A stretch of 64,000 nt of DNA, from contig CAJINV010000015.1 in NCBI GenBank assembly GCA_905178155.1, positions 1,336,513 through 1,400,512 of the forward strand. The letters are read 5' to 3'. The notes beneath the pieces are model-generated. The model had not been told where the DNA came from. It saw nothing but the letters and a program-made list of their open reading frames with translations, and made no database searches. The position numbers and the translations under genes are program-made. This DNA comes from Amoebophrya sp. A120 (lineage: Eukaryota; Protista; Dinoflagellata). Numbering within the stretch: position 1 is the first letter of the stretch; every line of letters begins with the position of its first letter. Shown here in pieces: positions 12,837 through 23,372 of the stretch.

Positions 12837-13678
12837 ACTGTTTTCTTTTTCCTCAAGTGACGCGAGTATCGATTTCAATCAGATCAGACGTAGAAAGACT
12901 CGGCGACTTCACTTCAACTCTACTCTGTGCACCAACACACTCAGTCTTTGCATGTGAAACAAGTGGCATGCGATGATCTACTTTAGTCTTACACTTTGAT
13001 GAGAATAAACGATGACTAGCTGCTACTTTGTGTGAGTAACTTCAATTCTTTGCACACTACTTCTCTGCCCCCAATGCGTACGACTTGCAAATGCTGCGCT
13101 TGCGCGACTTTTGAACGATTTGCGACAGTGCTTCCTTGACTCTGGCCAGCTACACGACTTCCATTTACAACCGACGTTCAAGCTTGACTGCTACTTTGTA
13201 CACAGCAACCGACGCTCTTGAGGACGTTCACGACGACTGCGTTGCACTTTGGCCACATGGGCAGCAATCTTTCTTGCTGGGGACACACACATATCTGCAG
13301 CTCCTAGCTGCAACTACAAGTTCGCACTTGCGCTCACATTTTTAAAAACAAATATGTATCTTCCGTTGCTGTGCATTTCCAACAGTAAGTTTGTACATGA
13401 CGCTAACAAATTGCTCTGTCATTTATTTTCCAGTATTGACAAATCAACGTCAATCGTCATAAACTATACTGTTGCCAGGTCACGTCACTGGATAAAAAAT
13501 CAGAAAAATGAATTTTTGATAAACAAATCAGTGCACAGCAGCCCGAAAAAACCATGTATAAGTACTCTCATGGAGAGTTAATTACTTTCTAATTTTTATT
13601 TTCATTTTTTGAAACGACATTAGCGGACGCTGCTGTGCACTGTACATTTGAAAAACTCATAAAAGGCAAGAATCACAT

Positions 13679-14989
13679 TCACACCGCGGCAGCCTCAGCC
13701 ACCGGCTTGCACCACGACTCGTACTCAATGTCCTTGAGCTTGTCGCTAAACGCGGACTGCAAGTTCTTCCACTCGTTCGGGCTCATGTCGCCCGCCGCCG
13801 CGTGGCGAAACCTGCACTCGCTACCGAACTTGCACGAACCCTTGTTCTTGAGAAAGTCGTGGCACCACTTGGCGTTGCCCTTCTTGCCTTTTTTGCCGTT
13901 TTTACCCTTACCTGAAGGAATCGTTACACATGCATGACTACCGTTTCAACTTCATGTCTGAACATATGCATGAAAAACAACTGCAAAGACTGTCTCATGA
14001 CACCACATTGATACCTACCTTTGTTGTTTTTTCCACCACTCTGATAGGGCCCATACGAGTCCCTGAGGTTGGACATTTCTTCCCGCATAGCGGCACGCTC
14101 CTCTGCGATCAAAGAGCGGGCTTCGGCCGTAGCCTCCGCCGACGCCTCACGCAGGTTCTTCAAACGCTGTAATTCTTCACCCCAGACCTTGTTGAAACGA
14201 TTTTCGGCAAAAAAGGTTCTCATACGGCCTTCGAAGGTAGTGCCGGGCTGGGAACTGTCGGGGGTCCACTGCTCCGTCTTGTAGACGATGGTCCCCAACG
14301 CCCTGATGGCGGTCTCCTCGGAGATCGTGGTCTTGGCCAACATGAGCTGACTGATGATCTGGCTACGCCTGTCGACCGTAATCAAGGGGTCGCGGTCCCT
14401 ATGGACCTTGGCCGCCATGGCCGCCAGCAACGCGTTGACCGAGAAAGGGAGGTCCTTGTTGACCTTGGCGGTACCATCCTCCTGAGTCAGCAGCTTCTTG
14501 AGCTCCTTCATCGTTTTACCTGATAATGAACGATTTGCCCAATTGCATTTCCATGATTGCCACATGTTTTTACACTTGCGCAAATAACTTTGCATACCAA
14601 TTATGCATGCACAACAAATGATCTATACCACTTTCCCACAACGCACGGGCGTTGATGACCTTGGCACACTTGGTGAAGTCGGCCTGGGTGGGCCGTAACT
14701 CGGGGACGTCGAGCGACAAGTTCTGGAAACTCTGCTCGATCTGATTGTCTTGTCCGACAATGAAGTCGGTCAACTCCCTGTTGGCAGCACCCGCTGTGAT
14801 GTGATTTTTTCCATATCGGAAAACGCAACATGCATGTCACATGGACTTCTCATCAGCTCTTACTCATTTTGAAAGAAACATACTACACGCATGCATCATG
14901 GCTGCATGAACTCAAACAACAAAGAAAACTATCATACCCTGGGCAACCGCAGCCGCCTGCTGCTGTTGGTTAACGTTGACATTGGCCAT
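13679..14989 (-). CDS. Spliced gag-like protein with C-terminal CCCH zinc finger (4 exons)
   Basis: Exons 14989-14938, 14793-14629, 14519-14019 and 13911-13679 joined by three phase-1 GT..AG introns. The product ends ...GKKGKKGNAKWCHDFLKNKGSCKFGSECRFRHA...YESWCKPVAEAAAV*, homologous exon by exon to 21141-22649. Confidence 0.8.
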
Positions 14990-15310
14990 TTTTTTTTACG
15001 AAGTGCTAAAAGCTACTTCAACAGAGTTTTGATATCCTCAGAGGTGTAAACGGACTTTTCCTACGGGTGTGCGTTTTTTTTTTTAATTGAAGCTCAACTG
15101 TAACGCAACGAAAACCAATGACGCACTGTGACTTGAAATCGTGGCACTTTGATCCTCGGCGGAACCTTTACTGTGCATTTTGCTGAACACGCGGGTGACA
15201 GGTGTGGAGACTTTCTTGGCGCAAGCTGTGCATTCCTATTTTTCTATGCTCTTCACATGCTCTTAAACAAAAAGCCAGCATCTTCATGCACTTCATCATT
15301 TTGCGTAACC

Positions 15311-16861
15311 TTAAATGCCGCAGAAGTTCAGAGGGACAAACATGTTCCGACTCACATACGGGATAGATCTTATGTAATACATCAGCATTTGCATGTTAGC
15401 CCAGCACACTATCACGCTTCACACTTGCGCTGCTAGCTTCACATATCTGCACTCTTATTTTTCCATTTTTCCATCACAATCTCCACACAAAAGCCTCAAG
15501 CTGGCATCGCAAGAGCTGCACATCATAGGGCAATGCACGATGACACGAACTGGATCGATCTTCATCAGGTACAGATGCGTAGCACTTCCTATCCTCCAAC
15601 TATGGCTTGCGGCATCTTTTTCATGCGGAAACGTGCGCTTCATTATCTTAGCAATGTCCAAGTCTTCTCTGCACAGATGTGGCAACACACTTTTGAACTT
15701 GCAAACACAGAACTCTGGCGGGTACTTGATGCGCTTCAACTGCTCACAAATGCAAGTGACCCTTACCATGGCGCACTTGTTAACTTTGGTAGAGGCTTCC
15801 TGAAAGTTTAGTAACAAGTCTCCATTAACATCATATCGTAAAGAGATGAGACCTGTGTCGCCTGTGTTCTTCACGTCCAGCAAAAAGGCTTCGCTTTTCC
15901 TCAATGCTGCATAAAAAGCCAAGAGCAGAGCCACCGCCTCTTGATACAACAATTTACTGCACACCCACATCTGGTAGATATGCATTATCGTCATGGGAGA
16001 CTTCTGCTTTTTCCTGCCTAGAAAGCCTCTACGAACCAGTGTAGAGAGTTCCTTCATCACGTTTTCTTTTTCTGTACCGGATAACCTGCAGCGCTCGTCC
16101 GCCAAAACATCCTTCACAGCCGGCTGTATGCTTGCATACCCGGCGGCCATACTCGTCCCCACAAACGCCCGCACTGATGGATACGACCACAGGTGGTACG
16201 GGAGATTCTGCGCCACTTTTTCATACCGTCTAATCCGTGAAGCACGATTGTCATCGGCTTTTTTTGTGGAGGACATCTGGTCCAACTCCGACATCGCCGA
16301 CTGTAGTAACATGGGGTCCTTGGCGATATCCAACGCCAGAGCCAGCTTGCTCTGCGCTGTCCGCCCCTCCGCCTCCGTACGGGCGTTGAACACTGCGTCG
16401 ATACTGGCTTGCGCCGTCACCATCTGCTTGACGAACACGTCCTTGGGGACGTCGAGCACGTTGCTACGCTGAAACGGATCATCTTTCCGTCTACACCTGA
16501 TGCTGTCGAGCACTGGCTCCCCGTTTTTGTACTGTATGCTGAGCCGTAACTGGGAAAGCGTGTTGCTCATCTGCACTGCCTGTGCCTGGTTCAAAATCAT
16601 CACTCCCTTACTGGTGGGCGTCGGTACTCGTTCTTGCAACTGCTCGCGCGTGAACGTACTGGCAGGAAGCTCTCCTGCACTCGCAAGTAGCTGCGCTGGC
16701 AACCTGGTGCCGCTAGCTGCACAGTCTCGTATGGCTTTCGCTGCCACCCTTTCTCCGAAGGCTTTTTTCATGCTATCGACCGACCGTAGGTTGTCTGCTG
16801 CCTGCGCTTCCAACTCTGCCTTCATCGAGGCATCGAAATCATCTTCACTTTCTGACAACAT
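15311..16861 (-). CDS. Tyrosine recombinase interrupted by a 123-bp insert (15406-15528)
   Basis: ALRKSE (catalytic R) and HSWRIG (HxxR). IVHC|RWANMQMLMYYIRS is restored only after removing 15406-15528; collinear with copy 2 YR. Confidence 0.88.
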
Positions 16862-16887
16862 GGCGTGGGTGGGTGGGCAAGAAAAAG

Positions 16888-17243
16888 CCACCAGCTACGC
16901 GAGCTGGAGTTCTTCGAGGTCCTGCTACCCTTGAGCTATATCTATTTGTATGTATACAGGCGCGTGACGCGCAAATACCGCTCGCGTTCAGCGCTCGTAC
17001 TGGACTACACTCAGATGCACCGGCATGGTCCTGCCGAAATAAAGGCGGCGGGCTCGTCCCTTGCCGCTCTACTTTATTTCTTGCGTGTCTAGCTTGGTGT
17101 ACATTTACATTGATGTGATGACACGAATGTGGACTACTGGCCACGCGAGAAACGATCGTCGAGCCCGCCGACGGGATACCAGCTTCGCAACGCAGACCGG
17201 AAGGCGTTTCGCACGTCGAATCCAAACACCACGGGGGAGGGCC
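16888..17243 (-). repeat. Internal B1-A2 junction repeat of element 1
   Basis: 16888-17072 matches 17888-18072 and 17073-17243 matches 10055-10225; the two abut, reproducing the joined element ends. Confidence 0.92.
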
Positions 17244-17887
17244 TTTCGCCACCTACGCTCGACCACGAGGAGAGGGCGCCGACTGAGGCGCATCTGGAAC
17301 TCCCCCACCCCGCTCGACGACGCGAGCGTCTCGAAGACCTACAGCGACGCATGCTGGTGCCGCGTTTTGACATCCTACTACTCGCTCATCGTGAGCTGCA
17401 CACAACACTGGCTGCGGCGCCTTAGCAAGCATATCTGATGCCCGCTTTCGACAACAACAGGCACGCAGCACTGCCTCTCGACGAGTCGATAAGCAGCGCC
17501 ACGCGCGCAACCTGGTGCTAACAGCGAAGCAAGCTTCACCGTCAGAACCGTCACACGAGTGGGGGCGCACCACCGGAGAGGTGATCCTCGCCTGGGCGAG
17601 AAGCTACCGACTCCCCGAGGGCAGCGCTGACGCCATATGCTCTGCAGCCACTGCATCGGCCTGCATCCACCTAGGACGCTGCAACACGCATTCGCACCTG
17701 TGCACACTTCGCACTAAACCGCACTTCTCTACCTGGCTACCTGCCTGCGCACTGTGCTGCCACACTTGTGGACCAGCCTCAGCCACAACCTAGCCTCCGT
17801 CAGCTGTGCTACCATGGAGCGACACCGGAGACTAGCGCCTGCAGTGGGCACGGACGGTGAGACCGCGAAACCAAGAAAAAAAAAAAA

Positions 17888-18072
17888 CCACCAGCTACGC
17901 GAGCTGGAGTTCTTCGAGGTCCTGCTACCCTTGAGCTATATCTATTTGTATGCATACAGGCGCGCGGCGCGCAAATACCGCCCGCGTTCAGCGCTCGCAC
18001 TGGACTACACTCAGACGCACCGGCATGGTCCTGCCGAAATAAAGGCGGCGGGCTCGTCCCTCGCCGCTCTAC
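17888..18072 (-). repeat. Split direct repeat A1 of element 1
   Basis: Near-identical to 16888-17072 (CCACCAGCTACGCGAGC...GCCGCTCTAC). Confidence 0.92.
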
Positions 18073-18252
18073 ACGTGTAAAATTTTTGCAAGTTTTTAAA
18101 ATTTTAAAAAATGCAGAGTTTTACTGTAAATCAGTCGGATCTGCCTTAGCGGATCAAGAGTCTAAGTGAAGCCATTCAGTTTCTGCGGAAAGTCGCAAGC
18201 TTTTATATGATTTTGGAGGTTTGGCACAATTCTAGCAAGATTGCCTTTTTCA

Positions 18253-18416
18253 AATACAGCGGCGAGGGACGAGCCCGCAGCTTCTTTTGTCGCTTTCAAG
18301 TGACACCGATGCCATCGCAGATGCGTTAGAAGTCGTGCGCGCACGCGCGCTATAGTTTTGTAGTAGCTACGGGTAGCTGGGCCTCCGAGCTTGCGCCTCG
18401 TTGGCGTATTTTCTTT
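18253..18416 (+). repeat. Split direct repeat A1 of element 2
   Basis: AATACAGCGGCGAGGGACGAGCCCGC...GGCGTATTTTCTTT is repeated at 19294-19457. Confidence 0.92.
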
Positions 18417-19128
18417 GGCCTCACGGAATTCACCATCCGTGCCCACAGCAGGTGCCGCGTCTTCCAGTAGTAGGAAGGCGCGGTGGCAGTGTTTTGCCGC
18501 GTGGCAAACTGCCGTCGTCCTGTGTCTTGCACGTGAGTGCAAGCAGGCGCGCGTCCTGTGTCTTGTCGCGTAGGCAAGCAGGCTGCTCACGGTGCTCGTG
18601 TGAGCCGTTGTCGATTGTGCTGCACGCAGATGCAAATGTAGGTGCCCAGTCAGGGTGGTGCAGGTTAGCATAGCCGCTGTAGGCATGCGCCTGCACATGC
18701 GTGTGTCTAGTTGCCCAGGCCGTGTGAGAGCCGGGAGTGGTGTGCCAGTAGAGCACCGTGCTGGCTGCCAGTCGGCGTCTGCGCTGCTGTTCGGCGGGCC
18801 GGTCGTTCTCTACTCCGGTAGGGATCACCCCGTTGGCAGTGCGCACCGTGCGGCTGCGTTTGTCTCCAGGCGCTGTTTCTCTCACGAGGAACAGCGCCTC
18901 GAGGCGCTGTTGGACAGGCTCGCCTGCACAGCAGCGCTTCGCGTCGATACATGTCCACAGGACGAAGTTCCTGGACGCCGGCAGTCTGCGAAGGTCATTG
19001 TGGTACGGCAAAGCAATGCCGCCGTAAGTCGTGCGTTCCTCGGGTGCCCTCGACGTCGAGCGCCAGTGGGAGGTCTTTGTATGTGCCTCGGTCGGCGCCC
19101 TCTCCTGTCGAGAGCGGTGTTGGCAAAA

Positions 19129-19457
19129 GGGGCCTCCCGGTTTCGTATCGAGCGTGCGCTCGATCCAGGCGTCAGCAGCTCGTTGTCTCTGCGCAGCGTC
19201 CGCGCAGGCGCTCGTCGAGTTCGTGGGACCAGACGGTAGCTGTACACCAGTGCACCAAAGTGTAAGAGAGTAAAAGAAGAAAGACGAGAAAAGAATACAG
19301 CGGCGAGGGACGAGCCCGCAGCTTCTTTTGTCGCTTTCAAGTGACACCGATGTCATCACAGATGCGTTAGAAGTCGTGCGCGCACACGCGCTATAGTTTT
19401 GTAGTAGCTACGGGTAGCTGGGCCTCGGAACTTACGCCTCGTTGGCGTATTTTCTTT
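19129..19457 (+). repeat. Internal B1-A2 junction repeat of element 2
   Basis: GGGGCCTCCCGGTTTCG...GACGAGAAAAG (matching 25920-26084) is followed directly by A2. Confidence 0.92.
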
Positions 19458-19480
19458 TCCCACCCGCCCACGCCAAGAAA

Positions 19481-20911
19481 ATGGTCGACTCAGGCTCGGA
19501 AGATGACTTCTGGCAGGAGCTCAAAGGTGAAATGAAAGAGCAAGCCGAGGAAAACTGCAGTACGTACGAGAATATGCAGAGGGCTTTTGGTGCCAAAGTA
19601 GCGGAAAAAGCCGCGCGGCAGTGTGCAGAAGCCGGTGTAAAGTTGCCGAATTCGCTGTTGCGGGAGTCAAAGTCACTTCCGGCGAATCTGTTCACGCATG
19701 AACAAGTCAGCGAGCCGTGTGTACCGTGTGAAGCTCGTGGTGTACTGCAAGGAACGCAGGCGCAGATGTTACGGCTGGTTGCCAACGTGTCGCGGTTGAA
19801 GATTGTGCAGAGAACGCACCCGGACGGCAAAGTGGAGCTGCAGTGCTTTAGGAAGCACGACAACCCGTTCGCGAGGTCGGACAGCACGGACGTGTCCAAG
19901 GAGTTGTGTACGGCAAGATTAGTGGAGGGACAAAGCACGCTGGATGCAGTCTTTGCGGCTAGAACGGAGCAGGAAAAAAGTAGTGCGCGGAGCAAACTGC
20001 AGATGGCGCTGGACATCGCGCGCGACCCGCATCTGTTGCAGGAAGCGCTGTTGGACTACGAGGACAAAACCTCCACGGAAAAAGCCGACGCCAACAGGCA
20101 GTCCAGGATTAGTCGCTACATCAAGATCGCGGAGTATCTTCCCAAAAATTGCAAACCTTGGACTTTCCCAAGTGTTAGAATGTTTATAGGAGCCAGCCTA
20201 GCGGCTGGCTACCTGAGTATTAAGCCCGCTGGTGTTGATGTACTGAATCATCCGAGTTGCGTGTTGTCTGACGCAGAAAAAGACACAATTCACAGAGAAC
20301 TTGCATCACTAGCACGCAGAGGATTTTTGGGAAGAAAGCGACAGAAATCACCGTTAACCATCGCGCATATTCTCACCTACTGGAAGTTGCAGAAGCTATC
20401 GCACAAGCAAGTAGTTGTGTTACTACTCTGCTTCTATGGAGCGTTACGCAAGTCAGAATGTGCAAAGTTAGATGTCAAATTTACAGGTCAAAAAGGATTG
20501 ATATCCATGAAATACAAAGAGAGCGATTTAGTTTTTAACTTCCAAGAAGCGAGCGCCAAAGTAAACACGTGCTCGCTCGTCAGAGTGCGTTGTGTGTGTG
20601 CAGAACTGCAGAAAATAAATTATCCAGAGTGGTTTTGTGTGTGCAGACTCAAAAGCATCATTCCGCAGCTGTGTGAAGATGATTTAAATGTGGCAAAAGT
20701 CATGAAGTCCGTTTTTGAAAAAGAAGAGCATGTGGCTAGCCATTCATGGCGGATCGGGTGCGCCACACACCTGTACTTGGCAAAACTGGATCCAGTAAGA
20801 TGCATTGTGCACTGCCGTTGGGCCAACTTACAAATGCTCCTCTATTATATTAGAAGTGCGCCACATGTATCGCGGTCTATGTTTGTGGACTTAATGTTTG
20901 CTGGTGTGTAG
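19481..20911 (+). CDS. Tyrosine recombinase
   Basis: ALRKSE, HSWRIG and HCRWANLQMLLYYIR give the R-HxxR-H/W-Y catalytic set; uninterrupted. Confidence 0.92.
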   Translation: MVDSGSEDDFWQELKGEMKEQAEENCSTYENMQRAFGAKVAEKAARQCAEAGVKLPNSLLRESKSLPANLFTHEQVSEPCVPCEARGVLQGTQAQMLRLVANVSRLKIVQRTHPDGKVELQCFRKHDNPFARSDSTDVSKELCTARLVEGQSTLDAVFAARTEQEKSSARSKLQMALDIARDPHLLQEALLDYEDKTSTEKADANRQSRISRYIKIAEYLPKNCKPWTFPSVRMFIGASLAAGYLSIKPAGVDVLNHPSCVLSDAEKDTIHRELASLARRGFLGRKRQKSPLTIAHILTYWKLQKLSHKQVVVLLLCFYGALRKSECAKLDVKFTGQKGLISMKYKESDLVFNFQEASAKVNTCSLVRVRCVCAELQKINYPEWFCVCRLKSIIPQLCEDDLNVAKVMKSVFEKEEHVASHSWRIGCATHLYLAKLDPVRCIVHCRWANLQMLLYYIRSAPHVSRSMFVDLMFAGV

Positions 20912-21140
20912 TAGTGTAAAAGCACAGATGTAAAAGGAAAAAAACCAAATCGCCTGCAATGGCTGCTCCTCCATGTTATTTGTGTAGATGCGTGTGTTCA
21001 AAACTGTTACCGTCACGTTCAAACATGACTGATCCGAGATCAAGCTTTCATTGCGTGTAAAAATGTGAATCACTTCCAAAAAAACCCGTAGATTCGTCCT
21101 TTCCCTTTACTGAGTTTAGAAAAAGTTTTCGTCGTCGAAG

Positions 21141-22649
21141 ATGGCTGATGCAGGAGCAGCACCCGCGGCAGCTGCCGCCGCAGCGGCTGGTGCAGTTGGC
21201 TAAGTCCACACTTGCTCATGCGCACTCACATGCACATTACGTCCAAGGTTGAAATCTGTGTCAAATGCATGTGAATTTCTGTCCAAAAATCACTACGCAG
21301 GTGTTGCCGCAGCCGGCGCGATGCCGGCTGCGGAGGGACGGCGCCTGGTCGATTTTATCGCCGGGCAAGATGAGCAGGTCGCCACCAGTCTGCAGAACAT
21401 TGTCCCGCCGATGCCGGAGTTACGGCCCGCCAAAGAGCCCTTCAAGAAAGCGGCGCAGTCGTGCAACGAGCGTAACTTGTGGGAGAAAGGTGCGTGTTGG
21501 TTTTCCGTTGCAAAAATGTGTGTGCAATGAAGTGATGATATGCATTTCCCATGCATAACTGCATCTACAACTCGTATAAAACACGATAAAAATGCACACG
21601 TCAGGTCATGTTCTGAAGACCGGGAAAGCCGTCGGTGGCGATGAGCCAGCCAAGTTGCCGCTCTCCGTGCCGAGCCTCCTCTTCGCCATGGCGGCCAAGT
21701 GTCATCGTGACCGTGAACCCATCCTGACTACCGCAAGAAGAGACTCCATGTTAAGCAGTTACATGTTGTGCAAGACGTCCCTGTCCGCTGAGGCAGCGGA
21801 CAAAGTGTTCGGTGCCATTTTGGCTAAGACCGAAACCATCACCAGTGATGAAACCCAAGCGGGCACGACCTACGAGGGTCGCATGCGTCTCTACTTCGCG
21901 GAAGCCAGGTTTGCCAGGATGTGGCAGGAGGAGGTCGGTAAGCAGCGCGGCATCATCGAGCAGACCCATGAAGTCACTGCCGCGGCCAAGAAGGACATCG
22001 GTGAGGCGATGAAAAAGGTGAACGATGCGCAGGAGCAGCTGAACAAGCAGCAGCAGCAGCAGCAGCAGCAGAGCAGCTGGCATGGTCAGCCCTACGGAAA
22101 ACAGTCCAAGGGCGGAGGAAAGAAAGGTAGGTATTGTATGTGCAGATATGACTGTTACAAAAGCATTTGTGTTGTATTTGAAGTGGCATAGATGATGATC
22201 GATTCAGGCGCTAGTGCGGCATGTTCTCCCCGGCACGCGCTCTTTATGTAACTGACCTAGTGGCCTTCCCAGCCGTGGAGACGTTGCAAATTTGTTTCTC
22301 TTCTTGCTGACATTTGCCACATGTAAATCTGATTTCCGTCAGGAAGTTCACATTGATGTCGCGACACAAATGCGCATAGAATTGGAATATCATTGCTCTA
22401 TCAGGTAAAAAGGGCAAGGGCAAGAACACGACAAGTCCGTTGTGCTTCGAGTTCATGACCAACAAAGGTGCGTGCAGTTGGGGAAGCGAGTGCGCCTACC
22501 GCCACCCCAAGAAGAACGAGATCTCCACCGATGAGTGCAACAAGTTGAAAGAAGGAAAGCAGGGGTGGAAGTTCAAAAATGTAGCCTATGAGTCATGGTG
22601 CCCGGAAGTCCCGGCTGCGGCTCCGGCCACTCCGGCGGCTACGGCGTAG
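21141..22649 (+). CDS. Spliced gag-like protein with C-terminal CCCH zinc finger (4 exons)
   Basis: Exons 21141-21189 (or 21198 with a GC donor), 21301-21489, 21605-22126 and 22405-22649; all introns phase 1 and ending CAG. Ends ...GKKGKGKNTTSPLCFEFMTNKGACSWGSECAYRHP...YESWCP... Confidence 0.8.
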
Positions 22650-23372
22650 ATGCTGCGTCGACTGTCGTGTTATGTTTTTTTTGTGAGCGCACAGCAGTCT
22701 TCACCACTGTTTGCAAAACGAAAAATGTCCATGTCGCTGTTAAATAATTTTGAGAATAAATGAAAAAATTAGAAATTCAATATCTTGGTGGAGGCTGCTG
22801 TGCGTATCGTTCAACATTTGTTTCGATTTTTTACCTTGCAACAAGGTTCGCTTCACACATGCACTCACGTTTACACATTGGACAGTAATTTTTCAAGATT
22901 GATGATTGTGGAACCTAGCTCAACAGAATGAGCCTCATGAATGTGAGTTGACATGAAGTCGATTTTGAACACGAGTTTCATCTTCAAATTCACCGTGGTT
23001 AGCATCGCGTCGAGCCAGTAGCCATTTGGCACTTTCCAGTCTGCATTGCGTGTTCGAAACCTGTAGAAAGCTGCGCGGCATTGTCGTATGTCGTGAATGC
23101 AGAGAAAATCTACATTCTGTCGGTGCTAGTCGGTCTGAAATACGCGCAAATGCAGCATTAGCAGTGCAAAGAGTCTTTCAGCAATGTCGTGACATAGCTT
23201 CGCACAAGGTCGGTGTGTGCAAAAGTGCAGTACAAATTGGCAAGTCAGCGATCGGTATATCTGGGGCAAATGCAAATCGCAAATGTAACACATGCAAAGC
23301 GGCCATCTTATGTTCTCATTGTAAGTTACCACACGTGATTACTTGTCTCCGCTGCATAGATGTAGTGTTAAG

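Larger units (their letters stand above)
10054..18072 (-). mobile_element. Tyrosine-recombinase (DIRS-order) retrotransposon, copy 1
   Basis: YR, gag-like and RT/RNase H ORFs bounded by split direct repeats A1 17888-18072, B1 17073-17243 abutting A2 16888-17072, and B2 10054-10225. No target-site duplication. Confidence 0.92.

Noticed and set aside
16888-18072. LTR pair of an LTR retrotransposon
   Set aside because: No TG...CA ends, primer-binding site, TSD or DDE integrase; the repeats fit YR split direct repeats.
18430-19359. 309-aa minus-strand ORF in the element 2 leader
   Set aside because: It overlaps the B1A2 repeats, has no counterpart in element 1 and shows no motifs.
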